Shown here: in pieces, positions 20,825 to 32,700 of the stretch
How the letters are laid out: every line of letters starts with the position of its first letter
Numbering within the stretch: position 1 is the stretch's first letter
Source: Promethearchaeota archaeon
GTDB taxonomy: Archaea > Asgardarchaeota > Lokiarchaeia > Sigyniarchaeales > SOKP01
Assembly: GCA_048940645.1 (NCBI GenBank)
Contig: JBHLOI010000011.1
Location: 1-64,000 of the forward strand
Length of the DNA stretch: 64,000 nt
Direction of reading: 5' to 3'
The notes under the pieces: model-generated
Seen by the model: only the letters and a program-made list of their open reading frames with translations
Database searches by the model: none
Told to the model about the DNA's origin: nothing
Position numbers and translations under genes: made by a program

Positions 20825-21361
20825 ATGTCTGACGAAACAAAAAGACAATTAGTTTTTAAACTCGTTGTTCTAGGAGATAGTGCAGTAGGTAAAACCTCTC
20901 TAATAAATCGATATGTAGAGCATACTTTTGAAAAAGACTACAAACCTTCATTAGGAGTTGACATAATAATTAAAGAATTAGATATAGAAGACTTGAACGC
21001 GAAGATTAGATTAATTCTTTGGGATATTGCAGGTCAAACTAAATATGATCTCTCGCGTAAATTGTTTTTCCAAGGATCTCAAGGTGCCTTATTAGTATAT
21101 GATATAACTAGACCAAAAACATTTGAAAATATTGACAAAAAGTGGCTAAATGACCTTAAAAAATTTGGAAAAAAAGAACTTGTATATCTATTAATAGGCA
21201 ATAAAAATGATTTAGAAGATTTAAGAAAAATACCCACAGATACAGGGATAGAATTAGCGAACAAATTAAAAGCTAGTGAATTCATTGAAACGAGTGCTAA
21301 GTCAGGTGAGAATGTTGAAAAAGCATTTGAGAATTTAGTTTATGCGCTCATGAAAAAATAA
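20825..21361 (+). CDS. Rab/Ras-like small GTPase (eukaryotic signature protein)
   Basis: GDSAVGKTS, WDIAGQ, GNKND, ETSAK; no C-terminal Cys prenylation motif. Confidence 0.95.
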   Translation: MSDETKRQLVFKLVVLGDSAVGKTSLINRYVEHTFEKDYKPSLGVDIIIKELDIEDLNAKIRLILWDIAGQTKYDLSRKLFFQGSQGALLVYDITRPKTFENIDKKWLNDLKKFGKKELVYLLIGNKNDLEDLRKIPTDTGIELANKLKASEFIETSAKSGENVEKAFENLVYALMKK

Positions 21362-21363
21362 AT

Positions 21364-21609
21364 CTATTTGATAAATTCCTTCATGACCATATGAGTGTTA
21401 GATTCCTCAATTCCTTGAATCATATCAATTTTATCTGCAAAAATTTGATATAATTCCTCAGGTGTTTCTACAACTATTTCGGCTAAAACATCATAATCTC
21501 CCGTTAAAGACATAATTTTAGTGATCTGGGGAACTTTTTTTAATTCTTCAATTACCGGTTTTATTACACTTATCCCTAATTTACATAAAATAATTGCCTT
21601 GATTGTCAT
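21364..21609 (-). CDS. Stand-alone Lrp/AsnC ligand-binding (RAM) domain protein
   Basis: 81 aa; SLTGDYDVLAEI motif. Confidence 0.85.
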   Translation of the reverse strand: MTIKAIILCKLGISVIKPVIEELKKVPQITKIMSLTGDYDVLAEIVVETPEELYQIFADKIDMIQGIEESNTHMVMKEFIK

Positions 21610-21627
21610 AATTTTACTCCTCCTTTT

Positions 21628-22950
21628 TTATTCAATTGATATTTTTTGAATTTTATTGATAAATAAAATATCAATATTTTCAATTTCTTTTAATGGTTTT
21701 AATCGTCTATTTACAAGATTATAGAAATCTTTAATAGAAGTTATTTTTACATCTAAAAATAAATCATGTTTTCCAATTAAAGCGGAAATCGATGTCACCC
21801 CATAATACTTAAACACTCTTATCGCAACCTTTTTAATTGAACCTTTTTTTATTTTTAGTAGTAAGACGGCATGAACCAAATTTTTTACCTCATGAGAGTA
21901 TCTAAGAATAAAAGTAAATGCTAGTAGAAAAATTACTATTATCAATAATTCATAAGGAAAATATTCATTTACAAAGATGACAGCAAAAATAATAGAGCCC
22001 ATAGGATCAATTAAATTTAAAATACTGCTCCATTGACTATAAGTTAAATTTTGAGATTTCCAATTAACATTAGCAATAAAGACGAAGAGGTATGGGATAA
22101 TTGTTGAAAAGATTATTAAAAAAATAATCTCCCATCTACCTAGAATGAGTAAAAGAATCCTAAATTGGCAAAAGAAAGTAGATACTTCATAAGTCAGATC
22201 AGTTTCTACAGGTAAGAAATATATGATGAATGCAAGTGGTATCATACAAACTACTCCTAATAAAAATGAAATTGCCATTTTAATGAGAAATCGAGGTATT
22301 TTATAATCCTTATTTTTATTAATAATGCTAATTTCTTCCGTTGAATACGCATCTCTGTTAATAACTATATAAAGAAAAGAAATGGAAATACTAAAAATTA
22401 GTAAATAAATTATCCCATTTAACATGATAGGTTTCCCTTTTAATGTAGCTCCGGTATTTCCCACAAATATTAATATTATGATTGAAAATACTAAAATTAA
22501 TATATACAATACCTTGAATATGTCAAATTTCTCAAAATTTACCCCCTTTTCATAGAATGCAATGAAAATTACACTTAAAAGAAACCCAATCATCGTAAAT
22601 GTAATTGAAGTAGTTTTTAACGTTAAAAAGAAAAATATAATGTTTAGAATTACTCCAAAAAATCCTAAATAAAGGTAATATGATATGTTTTTTATGTCAA
22701 AAAATCTTCTGTTCTTATGAAATAGATTTTCAAATAGAAATCTAACTGAAATTGATCTCCTTTGTGTAAATCTATTGTTAATTAATACTAGAATTAGAGC
22801 TAGAATTAATAATACAAATCCGGAAATCAGAAATCTCAAAAATATAACCATAATAATTGAAACTTCTATGAATAAATCAGATACTATTATTGGAATAAAG
22901 CTCCATAATAGATTTGCCAAAATTATATTGATAATTAGCTTGTTTTGCAT
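21628..22950 (-). CDS. EamA/DMT-like transporter fused to a C-terminal RAM domain
   Basis: About ten TM helices with DMT-like LLWS..FLRF start; C-terminal ALIGKHDLFLDV. Confidence 0.7.
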   Translation of the reverse strand: MQNKLIINIILANLLWSFIPIIVSDLFIEVSIIMVIFLRFLISGFVLLILALILVLINNRFTQRRSISVRFLFENLFHKNRRFFDIKNISYYLYLGFFGVILNIIFFFLTLKTTSITFTMIGFLLSVIFIAFYEKGVNFEKFDIFKVLYILILVFSIIILIFVGNTGATLKGKPIMLNGIIYLLIFSISISFLYIVINRDAYSTEEISIINKNKDYKIPRFLIKMAISFLLGVVCMIPLAFIIYFLPVETDLTYEVSTFFCQFRILLLILGRWEIIFLIIFSTIIPYLFVFIANVNWKSQNLTYSQWSSILNLIDPMGSIIFAVIFVNEYFPYELLIIVIFLLAFTFILRYSHEVKNLVHAVLLLKIKKGSIKKVAIRVFKYYGVTSISALIGKHDLFLDVKITSIKDFYNLVNRRLKPLKEIENIDILFINKIQKISIE

Positions 22951-23170
22951 TATTTCAAATAAATTTTTAGAGTCAACATTTTAGATGTAATAAATAAAGA
23001 TCATAGAATTTCCTATAATTTGAATATTTTTGTTAAACATAAATCTACTAAAACTAGTGTCATTCCCATCTATTTCCCAACTCTCTTTAGAGTAAAAAAT
23101 CGAAAACTTTAATCTTAAATAAGATTTTTAATTTAATGAATTTCTAATAAAAATAGATGTGTGAAATTTT

Positions 23171-24430
23171 ATGCCAAGTTCGAAAGAATTTATCGAAATG
23201 GACCACGAATATTGTGCTCACAATTATCATCCAATTCCTGTTGTAATAACGAAAGCAGAGGGGGTTTGGGTATACGATCCGGAGGGTAATAAATATTTGG
23301 ATTGTTTATCTGCCTATTCAAGCCAAAATACTGGACATTGTCATCCTGAAGTCATAAAAGCCTTAAAAGAACAAGCTGATAAAGTTACGCTTACTTCTCG
23401 TGCATTTCATAATGATATGATGGGACCATTTTTAAAGAAACTATGTGAGATTGTAGGGCCTCATATTAATGACCCAAATATATCTGGAATTATGGCATTA
23501 CCAATGAATACTGGCACTGAAGCAGTAGAAACAGGTCTAAAAGTTGCCAGAGCATGGGGATATATCAAGAAAAAAATCCCAAAAGATCAAGCCCAGATTA
23601 TAATCTGTAGAGATAATTTTCATGGGAGAACGATTACAATTGTTGGTTTTAGTACTGATATTTCTGCTGTAAAATATTATGGAAACTTCGGACCTTATAC
23701 ACCAGGATTCACGATCATTCCCTATGGAGATGCTGATGAATTGGAAAATATTATATTAGAAATAGGTCCAGAACGAGTGGCTGGTTTTCTCTTTGAACCT
23801 GTACAAGGAGAAGCTGGTGTTAAAGTTCCTCCAGAGGGATATATTAAAAAAGTAAGAGAAATCTGCAGTAAACATAATGTTTTAATGATCGCGGATGAAA
23901 TTCAAACTGGTTTTGGCAGAACTGGAGAGCTATTTGCATGTGATCATGAGAATGTAAAACCAGATATGCTTTTATTAGGAAAAGCTCTTGGAGGTGGTGT
24001 ATATCCTGTATCTGGAATAGTAACAACTAAAGAGATTGTTGGACCTGACGTAATTAAACCAGGAACCCATGGAAGTACGTTTGGAGGTAATCCTTTAGCA
24101 TCTGCTGTTGCTATGAAATCTTTAGATATTCACATAGAAGATCACTTAGCAGAACGCGCTAAACAACTTGGTGCTTATTTTATAGATGGACTTAAAAAAA
24201 TCGCAGAAAAAGAAACAATTGTACCTATAAAAGAAATAAGAGGTAAAGGATTACTAATGGCAATAGAATTTTCAACAGAAGCGAGACATATTGTAGAAAT
24301 GCTAAAAGATAATGGAATTTTAGCTAAAGATACGCACTCTACTACCATACGCTTTGCTCCACCTTTAATTATTACGAAAGAACAAGTAGATTGGGCTTTA
24401 AAAGTCGTAGAAAAAGTACTTGTAAGATAA
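23171..24430 (+). CDS. rocD: Ornithine--oxo-acid aminotransferase
   Basis: AHNYHPIPVV, LDCLSAYS, FEPVQGEAGV, DEIQTGFGRTG, GKALGGG, HGSTFGGNP. Confidence 0.93.
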   Translation: MPSSKEFIEMDHEYCAHNYHPIPVVITKAEGVWVYDPEGNKYLDCLSAYSSQNTGHCHPEVIKALKEQADKVTLTSRAFHNDMMGPFLKKLCEIVGPHINDPNISGIMALPMNTGTEAVETGLKVARAWGYIKKKIPKDQAQIIICRDNFHGRTITIVGFSTDISAVKYYGNFGPYTPGFTIIPYGDADELENIILEIGPERVAGFLFEPVQGEAGVKVPPEGYIKKVREICSKHNVLMIADEIQTGFGRTGELFACDHENVKPDMLLLGKALGGGVYPVSGIVTTKEIVGPDVIKPGTHGSTFGGNPLASAVAMKSLDIHIEDHLAERAKQLGAYFIDGLKKIAEKETIVPIKEIRGKGLLMAIEFSTEARHIVEMLKDNGILAKDTHSTTIRFAPPLIITKEQVDWALKVVEKVLVR

Positions 24431-24504
24431 AAAATCCGCTTACACACTATTTAAAATTTCCAAAAAAAAAAGATTTAAATAATTATAATGTTCTAAAATT
24501 TAAA

Positions 24505-26970
24505 TTAAAGATAATATATAAGATATTTCATAGACTCTGCTATACTCCTAATTTCCCAGTAATCATATCGCATTGGCTTGTATGTCCAAGTTTCATACAA
24601 CATTAATTGATCATAAGCATGAGGGCTCAGCTCCATGTATCCATTTATGAATCCACTTTGACCTGGTGGAATAACATTCATTGCATTAACCGTATCATCA
24701 TAAACTGACCAACCTCTTGTTTTTATCATTTCTACAACTTGGTTGTATGTTCCACGATTCATAGAATGCATTACAGGGGACGGTAATGCTCCCTGCGCTC
24801 CAAACCATGTTTTCATAACTGGTGTAAGCCATGTATCCATATCAGGTCCACGTTCACCTATTAAATATGTGAGTGCATCCTTTAATACTTGATTAATGAC
24901 GTCATTTTTATCTTCGCCATTGAGATAATCATAATATAAAGGTAATTTTGAAGCAGGGCCATCAAATACGTGGATCAATTCACTAGTTCCTCTCCCCACT
25001 CCTGCGGGAAGGTCATCATCAAACACAGCGTTATCAATTCTTCTATACCACTCATCAAAGATTGTTAAGCCAGGATCGTCATAAGTAGCGGCAGGATCGG
25101 GATAGCGTGGTAATTCAATATCATTATAATGATGATTCCATGCTTCTAAATAGGGTAATGCTGCTTGAATATCTGGATCAACAGAACTACTGGCAGCTGC
25201 TATTAAATCATCTAATAAACTCATCGCTGGAATATGGTTATAGCCAGCATCCATATTAATGCCATTCATATCCTCGTATGTATGTTTATCCTTCATACTT
25301 AAGAGATCCTGTATTCGTTTAACACGATGTCCTTCACCCCAATCAACTTCTGCATAAGGCCAATTAGCTATTGGTTTATTATTCCAATTAGCAAGAAAAC
25401 CTTCTTCAGGGTTAAGGCATTTTGGCATATCAGCGAACCCCCCTATACGTACCCATTCTTCTTCTCCAGTACCCCATAATGGAAATCTATCATCGATAAT
25501 TCTTCCATCTTTACCTGTTACAGGCTTTATAGGGAAGTATCCAGAATGGCAATATGCTATATTTCCATATCTATCTGCCCAATAGAAGTTATGATTTGGT
25601 TGGACCGTAGCACAAGCATCAAAAAAGTCCCAATGTGTTCGTGCTTGTTGAAAAAGAAGCCATCCCTCTTCAGCCTCAAGATCGTTTAAGTAATAAGGAG
25701 TTTTCATGGTGAAAGCTAAATGGTTATCTTCATCCTCCCCAATAATAGGCCCATGAATGGTACGTCTAATATCAAAATCTACGTAAGTCGCTTTTCCAGG
25801 GCCATAAATTCTTTCGGTTCTTACATCCATATCCTCCCATACACCGTTATACAAATATTGGTTATGATTGTTAGGATTTAGAACTTCAATGTAAGTATCC
25901 ATTACATCTGAATTGCCAGTCGTAGAAGTCCAAGCTCCATGAGTGCTTACTCCAATCAGTATACAAGGAACCATAGGCATCATCATGCCAACAGCATTAA
26001 TTCCAGCTCCGTGTAACCCTACTTCCATAACAATTTGAGGAATTGAGTGTCCCATTTGAGGCCCTCCTACTTGAAGCGCATTTCCCGATTCAGACTTAAT
26101 TGGACTAACTATCCACGCATTGCTTCCAAATGTAGTAGGTAATCCTAAAGATTCGAAGAGTTCAGTTTGTCCCATTTGAGCTTCCTCATAATTACTCCAT
26201 ACTTCATTTATATTGCTTGAAGCCTCAAGAATGCTACTAACATCATTTAAATCACCAGCAAACCAATTTACCTCTCCCATACACTCGCCTCTGATTGATG
26301 TTTCCGACCCAGGATCGTTTTGTGGGTATAGATCATTAAAGATACCCCATGCATCCTCTGGTCCATATCGGTTCATCAATGACTCTAACGCTGCAGCATA
26401 CCCAAGCTCACCACCTCCACAACCTCCAAATCTCCATGCCATCATAGACATGATAGCTACACTATCTTCAATTGTCCAAGGTTCAGGAAGGAATCCAAAT
26501 GCTAAATATTCAAGAGGTATCTTTGAAAGATCTCCCATCATAAGAGCCTGCAAAGCTTCATTGATATATGCATTCATCCCATCAACAAATGCTAATAACA
26601 TCTCTTTAAGTTTTGCTTGTGGTTTAGTTGGAACCCATTTATTAAAAATTTCTAATAATTCTGCTCTACTATATCCTAGTTTTCTGGTCTGTAAATCCTG
26701 TTCTATTGTAGCTAAACCGAGTTCTGCAAGGCTTCCAAAAGCATTATGTCTATAAAGTTCTGCCTGCCACAGTCTATCTTGTGCCGTTATGTATCCGCAT
26801 CCAAAACCCAATCCTTCTTTTGTTCTTGCGAAGACATGAGGGACGCCATAATTATCTCTTATAATTGTGATTCTATCATAACTATAAGGATATGGTTTAA
26901 CAGGAGTTATTGATAAAATTGTGGTTAGAATCAATATTGATAATAAATATGCTAATTTCTTTTTATCCAT
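24505..26970 (-). CDS. Secreted penicillin acylase family (S45) Ntn-hydrolase
   Basis: Signal peptide, RDNYGVPHV, AQDRLWQ, GSNAW autoproteolysis site, ANWNNKP. Confidence 0.92.
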   Translation of the reverse strand: MDKKKLAYLLSILILTTILSITPVKPYPYSYDRITIIRDNYGVPHVFARTKEGLGFGCGYITAQDRLWQAELYRHNAFGSLAELGLATIEQDLQTRKLGYSRAELLEIFNKWVPTKPQAKLKEMLLAFVDGMNAYINEALQALMMGDLSKIPLEYLAFGFLPEPWTIEDSVAIMSMMAWRFGGCGGGELGYAAALESLMNRYGPEDAWGIFNDLYPQNDPGSETSIRGECMGEVNWFAGDLNDVSSILEASSNINEVWSNYEEAQMGQTELFESLGLPTTFGSNAWIVSPIKSESGNALQVGGPQMGHSIPQIVMEVGLHGAGINAVGMMMPMVPCILIGVSTHGAWTSTTGNSDVMDTYIEVLNPNNHNQYLYNGVWEDMDVRTERIYGPGKATYVDFDIRRTIHGPIIGEDEDNHLAFTMKTPYYLNDLEAEEGWLLFQQARTHWDFFDACATVQPNHNFYWADRYGNIAYCHSGYFPIKPVTGKDGRIIDDRFPLWGTGEEEWVRIGGFADMPKCLNPEEGFLANWNNKPIANWPYAEVDWGEGHRVKRIQDLLSMKDKHTYEDMNGINMDAGYNHIPAMSLLDDLIAAASSSVDPDIQAALPYLEAWNHHYNDIELPRYPDPAATYDDPGLTIFDEWYRRIDNAVFDDDLPAGVGRGTSELIHVFDGPASKLPLYYDYLNGEDKNDVINQVLKDALTYLIGERGPDMDTWLTPVMKTWFGAQGALPSPVMHSMNRGTYNQVVEMIKTRGWSVYDDTVNAMNVIPPGQSGFINGYMELSPHAYDQLMLYETWTYKPMRYDYWEIRSIAESMKYLIYYL

Positions 26971-27167
26971 TTAAAAATTTCACTTTTTTATTTTTTGTTT
27001 TTTCTTTTTATTAAATTCAGATTTCACGAACAAGTTTGTCGATTAAATATTTAAACTTTACTCTTAGAAGCTTTGCGTCAAAAAAATGAAAAAATTTAGT
27101 GTTTTTATCACACTAAATTACTTTTTTGGTAATATAATAGAAATTTTTATCCCAAAAAGTAAAAAGA

Positions 27168-28073
27168 TTAAATATAGAAATGCGTGCCAGCCTCTCCTTC
27201 TAATGCTGCTTTAATTTTTTCAATGGACGTTATAATTGCTTGTTCACCTCCACTTTCTAAGAAATTAATTAACGCCTGAACTTTCGGACCCATACTACCT
27301 GGAGGAAAATGTCCTTCTTTCATATATTTTTTAGCTTCCATGATTGATAGTTTATCGAGATATTGAAAATCTATTGTCCCATAGTTTAACGCAACTTTTT
27401 CCACATCCGTGGCGATTAATAAGATATCTGCACCAATTTGTTCAGCTAATTTGGAACTTGCTAAATCTTTATCAATCACAGCCTCTACACCATTAAAACG
27501 ATTACCTTCTTTGACAACTGGTATTCCCCCGCCTCCACAAGCAATAACAATAAAATTTTCTTCCATTAATTTTTTGATTTCTCTTCGTTGTACAATCCTT
27601 ATTGGTTTTGGGGAGGGTACTACACGTCTCCAACCTTTTGAAGTTTTTACAAAACCAGGTTTTTTACGTTTGTATATTGGGCCAATTGGTTTAGTTGGAC
27701 GTTTAAATGCGCGATCATTTGGATCAACTTCTACATATGTCAAAACTGTTAAAAAATATTTTTCAACATCCATTCCTAAATGCATAAGTTCTTCATCTAA
27801 TGTAGATTCGATAAGAAATCCAATTTGTCCTTGGGTTTCTGCGACTAAAATCTCTAAAGGCATTTTAGATACTTCAGATGTAGCTTCTTGTTGAAGCAGA
27901 AGTGCGCCAACTTGTGGGCCATTCCCATGCGTTATTATTATATTATATTCCTTTGACAATTCAGCAATTTGTTTAATAGGAGCTTTTAGATTATTTAGCA
28001 TCTGTTCTGCAGTTCCTATCTCCCCCGGCTTAATAAGAGCATTTCCTCCAAGGGCAACTATTAAAGTTTTCAT
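27168..28073 (-). CDS. arcC: Carbamate kinase
   Basis: ALGGNAL, THGNGPQVG, GGGGIPV, AVIDKD, GSMGPK. Confidence 0.95.
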   Translation of the reverse strand: MKTLIVALGGNALIKPGEIGTAEQMLNNLKAPIKQIAELSKEYNIIITHGNGPQVGALLLQQEATSEVSKMPLEILVAETQGQIGFLIESTLDEELMHLGMDVEKYFLTVLTYVEVDPNDRAFKRPTKPIGPIYKRKKPGFVKTSKGWRRVVPSPKPIRIVQRREIKKLMEENFIVIACGGGGIPVVKEGNRFNGVEAVIDKDLASSKLAEQIGADILLIATDVEKVALNYGTIDFQYLDKLSIMEAKKYMKEGHFPPGSMGPKVQALINFLESGGEQAIITSIEKIKAALEGEAGTHFYI

Positions 28074-28237
28074 CGCATATGGGTACTGAAGAATTTAAAA
28101 TTTAATTACAGATATTATATTTTACTGTCCAAAAAAATAATTTAGTCTTTAAGTTTTTAAAAATTTTATGATTCTGAAGAGTATAAAATTCCCTCATTCC
28201 TTTTATAAATCCTTCTCCTCATTCTCATCATCCCAAT

Positions 28238-28251
28238 TTTTTCTTTAAATA
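28238..28251 (+). promoter_or_regulatory. Regulon promoter TTTTTC-TTTAAATA
   Basis: Upstream of 28297; first copy of the recurrent motif in the window. Confidence 0.8.
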
Positions 28252-28296
28252 TCCTCATAACTTCACATTATTTATCATAAAAAGTACAAATTTGAG

Positions 28297-29382
28297 TTGA
28301 AAATTATGCAACTAGTAGAAGTTATAAGGGATATACAAACACGAATTCTAGAAAATCCAGATGAAATTATGAAATACATTCAAATTGGCATAAGTATCCC
28401 TATATTGCCAGAATTTTGGAAATATATGCGAAGTGATTTCGAAGAATACAATGCCAAATCGATCATTCTCGAAGAGGAAGTAGGTACAGAAACATTTGGA
28501 AAGATGACCGATAAAGTAATTGGTCATACATTAGTCTATAATGACGGTGGGGATGTCTTATTTTTTGGATTTTTTAGGGTAATCGATCATGATCCGCGAA
28601 ATATCGAGGTTTTAGTAAATAGAATAATTGAGTATGCTCGTGAAAACGATTTCACTTCGATTCGAGGCCCCATTAATGTACCCACGGTCATTTTTGGATG
28701 GGGTTTTATGGTTGAAGGGAGTAGAAAAGATTTATTTATCGGCTCACCAGTAAATCCCCCAATTTATCAGAAAATGTTCATGGAAAAGGGGTTTACGATA
28801 AAATTTCAAGAGGATAGATATTGGATGCCTGCTATGAAAATGGATCCATACCGTAATCCTGCTTTAAAAAAGAAAGGGGTAAATTTTGCAGAATATGAAT
28901 TTTCCAATCCAGGGTTAGAAGGGATGATGCAAATCAAGGATGAGTATATCGAAATCCATGCAGACTATATGCCTCCTTCGGCAAAAATTACTCCCAAAGC
29001 ATCAAAAAACTTTGATAATATTGTGGATTTCGTACATAGATATGGGACTAATTGGATGATGTGGATTGTGCGTCATAAAGCAACTGGGCAGCTTGCAGCC
29101 TGTGGTTACGTAATTCCAGATGTATTCCATAAAGACAGAAAAGGAGAACTTGACTCGATTAGCTTTCATGACTGGGTAGTCCATCCTAACCATCGTCGTA
29201 AATATCTCTCCATGCTAATGTACGGAGAAACTTCATTACGAGCAAAAGACCGAAAAACACCTCACTATATAAAACGGGGTTCATGGCCAGTGGGAGCTGA
29301 CAATATTGCCAATGCCAATGCTGCTAAAAAGATGGGCGGAAAAAAAGATAGAAGCCATGTAATATTACAATTGGAGTTATAA
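28297..29382 (+). CDS. GNAT-fold N-acyltransferase-like protein
   Basis: LFFGFF, IRGPIN, NPPIY and VHPNHRRKYL (acetyl-CoA motif A-like). Confidence 0.65.
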   Translation: MKIMQLVEVIRDIQTRILENPDEIMKYIQIGISIPILPEFWKYMRSDFEEYNAKSIILEEEVGTETFGKMTDKVIGHTLVYNDGGDVLFFGFFRVIDHDPRNIEVLVNRIIEYARENDFTSIRGPINVPTVIFGWGFMVEGSRKDLFIGSPVNPPIYQKMFMEKGFTIKFQEDRYWMPAMKMDPYRNPALKKKGVNFAEYEFSNPGLEGMMQIKDEYIEIHADYMPPSAKITPKASKNFDNIVDFVHRYGTNWMMWIVRHKATGQLAACGYVIPDVFHKDRKGELDSISFHDWVVHPNHRRKYLSMLMYGETSLRAKDRKTPHYIKRGSWPVGADNIANANAAKKMGGKKDRSHVILQLEL

Positions 29383-29430
29383 ATTAATTAGATTTTTTTT
29401 TATTTTTATTTTATTTAAATTGTTATATAT

Positions 29431-29766
29431 TCATTCTTGATCAATTTTCTCTTTTAAACCATGATAAATAGTATTAATCCTTCCTCCTATTTGTTCTAAA
29501 AATTCATTTCTTTCTTTTAGTTCTTTTAGCAACCTATCTGACGTTAAATTATGATGGGTATCATTTTCTAGCCTAACATACGAGGGGAAAAACTTTAATA
29601 GATCCTCTTTCATTTTGATACGAGATTTTAGAATATATTCTCGAAGCTGCTTCTCGCTAATCTTTCCCGAAACTGCTTGATTAATAATGAGCTTTAATTT
29701 ATAAAACTCCTCTTTTTTTAATAATACATCATCTAAAGCATCTTCTAATATGGTACTTATTTTCAT
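29431..29766 (-). CDS. Hypothetical protein, last gene of the four-gene membrane/ATPase-fold operon
   Basis: Starts 7 nt after the stop of the 1234-aa gene. Confidence 0.6.
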   Translation of the reverse strand: MKISTILEDALDDVLLKKEEFYKLKLIINQAVSGKISEKQLREYILKSRIKMKEDLLKFFPSYVRLENDTHHNLTSDRLLKELKERNEFLEQIGGRINTIYHGLKEKIDQE

Positions 29767-29773
29767 AGTATTA

Positions 29774-32700
29774 TCACCTATTTAAAAATTTTTTTAAGCT
29801 GATATACCAATCATACACCAAATTATACACTTCATTAGCTAAATGTTCCTGATTACCTGTTCTTAGCTCAATTTGCTCACACCTTTCGAATAAGCTTAAT
29901 AAATCATCAGCATAGAAAGGAAATCCTTGAATATCAGAAATTAGCTTGATAAACTCAACAACATTTTTTTTAGTAATTTCATTCTCAGGATGATAATAGT
30001 GAAGATAACACCTCTTAAAATAATCTGATAAAAACACTTTTAACATTTTAAGACTAGCAATAAATTGTTTATTTTCGATAAAATAGTTAATATTAAATAG
30101 ATTTCGTAACATTTTTCCGTCAAAATTAAGCGTAAGTACGTTCTTAAGTCTTATTTGAGTTTCATGTGATAATTTAGGTGTTAAAAATCGGGGAACTCCA
30201 GATGATTCCTTTTTAATTACATTAAATACAATATGACCCGGATTATTTGATTTCGCTTCATAATATTCCTGTATTGCTTTCTCATAAGCAGGACCAATAA
30301 TTAGACAAGTCCTTGTAGATTGGCCACCTCCCGCAGCTCTGGGATGGTCTTCTACTAAATAATCATATCTTCGTAAAATTTCATAAATAGTATCTCGGAT
30401 TATCATAATTTGTTTTTTATTTTGAGAATAATTTTGAGAAATTTTGGGATGTAAATATTCCAAGAGCAATTTCTTTATTTTTTTTTCGTACAAGCCAGCA
30501 ACATTTTGTACAGCTTTTATTTGTTTAAAAAATCTAATTAATTCATTTCGATATTCGATGTATTCCCCTAAATCTCGTTCAAGCTTAGTTTTTTGAGCCA
30601 AGCTTAAAATCTTTTTTTCACTAAATTTCAAATCATAACCTAGGGTATCCATATGATCTACAATTTTATTATATTCCAATGGTTTCGCATTATTCACATC
30701 ATCAATCAGGAGTATTACTGGAAATGACTGTTCCACGTCCGAACGTTTCATAAGTATTTGATTATGCTTTAAGTTTCGTAAGAAATGGATTTGATAATTC
30801 TCATTCCTTGTGGAACTATAATATCCCGTCCCATGTAACTCATTTAAGTTTAACAGATTTGATAATGTGGCAATATCGCGTGAATCTGTGGTCCGAAAGG
30901 TCACTAAATTGCTCAAAAATTTATATATATTAGGATGTAAATAGCGAATCTCATTTGCAGAGCAAATAATACCAAAGTTCTTTTCTTTTAAGGGATCAAA
31001 AAACTTATCTATTAAACCATAATTTGCCACTTTATCTAAGTAGGCATTCTCAAAAACGATATCAACATGAGGGAGAAAAATAAATTTAGAGAAATATCGG
31101 GGTGAATTCTCACAGTAGCGGATTAATTTTGAAAGGACCAAAAACATAAGGTAACAGAGCGTTTTATAATCCTTTGAAATAGAAATATCTACAATAACCG
31201 TATGATGAGTAGTGATGAATTCATGTACTTTCACTATATTCTCATCTGTAGTATGCAAAAACGTTAAATCTTCTTGAGAAATATCACTTAGAGTAGAGAG
31301 CAATCCCTCAACAGTTGCATTTTTCTCATATTCTGGTTTGTGCTGAAGATCAATCTTTGCCAAATTTAAGTTTCCCCCATATTGACGAATACTATTTTTA
31401 AAGCTGTGCATAAAACGCTCATCTTTTCTAAAACTCATCGCATATGCCTCAAACATATACTCTAAATACTTGATATTATCATTTTCATAGGGAATTTCAG
31501 AATCAAACGGATCTAGCGTAAAAGCCTTTCCTAATTTAAAATATAAGATATTCTGTTGAAACTTTGTATTTTCAAAGTAAGTTAGCAATCTTGACCATCT
31601 CCCGGTAAAATCAAAAATAAGGCAGGGGATTTCCTTTTTAATAAGTTCAGCAGCCATTTTCATATTAAGTAGTTCTCTATTAAAGTTTGTACCATTTGTA
31701 ATCAATAAAGAATGAAGTTGTTCAAACAAAAATCCTGCTGGAACCTCTTCTCTCAATGTTTCTGTGTTTAAAGCGCGTCCAATTTCAATAAAATTGTCTA
31801 AATGTAAGGGAGTATTAAACTCAGTTGCAATCTGGACATCTATTCCTTTCTTTAGTTCATTTGGGATGGTAATAATGCTTATAAGTGCAGTTCCTTGATA
31901 CACCACATGCCACAGGTGGGAGCCATTAGAATAAATATTATTGTTTTTTACCAGCTCGCATTGGAAACCAGATTCTAATAATTGTTTTTGAAGTTTGATC
32001 AATTGAAATCTTTTAAAATTAGTTCGGAAGGTTTCCAGGAGTACAGTTCCCGCTTTATATAGCTGTTTATTAATGATGGATATAGATTTCGTGGAAACAT
32101 GTTGGGTAGGTACACGAAATGAAGTTGAAAGTGAAAAAATTGATTCCCAAATACCACCACGTCTATCTAACCAATTATATCTATCCTCATCATTAAGTAA
32201 CCGTCTTACGATGAAATTCCTTACTTTTTCACGAGTCTCCTTCGCATATTTCTTATCCACCTCAGCAAATGAAAGTGGACGGGAAATTGCTGTATAGGTA
32301 AAAGGTAGTTGATATCGGTTTACTCCTGAGAAAAATTTACTGAATGAACCAAATGGAGGCTTTAAAACCTTATTTACGGTGTACATTTTTATTCCGATTA
32401 ATTCTTTGTTATCCATATGGGCAAAGAGAATATCAGGGATACGATTGGATAGAAAAAATCTTACATTTTGAAAGGGATCCACAACACTAATCTCTTGATA
32501 GTTAAAAAATTTTAAAGAGAATAGTTGAAAAAAGATGTTTTTCCACCAAATAATCAAGAGCACGGGGATGAAAATTATATTAAACATTATAATAAAAAGC
32601 ATGGGAAAAGAAAGAAGTACGAAGTATGTATTGAAGATTACTAATAGTAGTGAGCTGAATATTGTTCTGAGTAGTGTAATTCTTTTACTAAAAGTGTTTA

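Noticed and set aside
20825-21361. Rab-like GTPase as a novelty
   Set aside because: Such GTPases are abundant and well described in Asgard archaea
26213-27894. Longer antisense ORFs (26213-26755, 27409-27894) and other short nested ORFs in the track
   Set aside because: Shadows of well-supported genes, with no recognisable motifs
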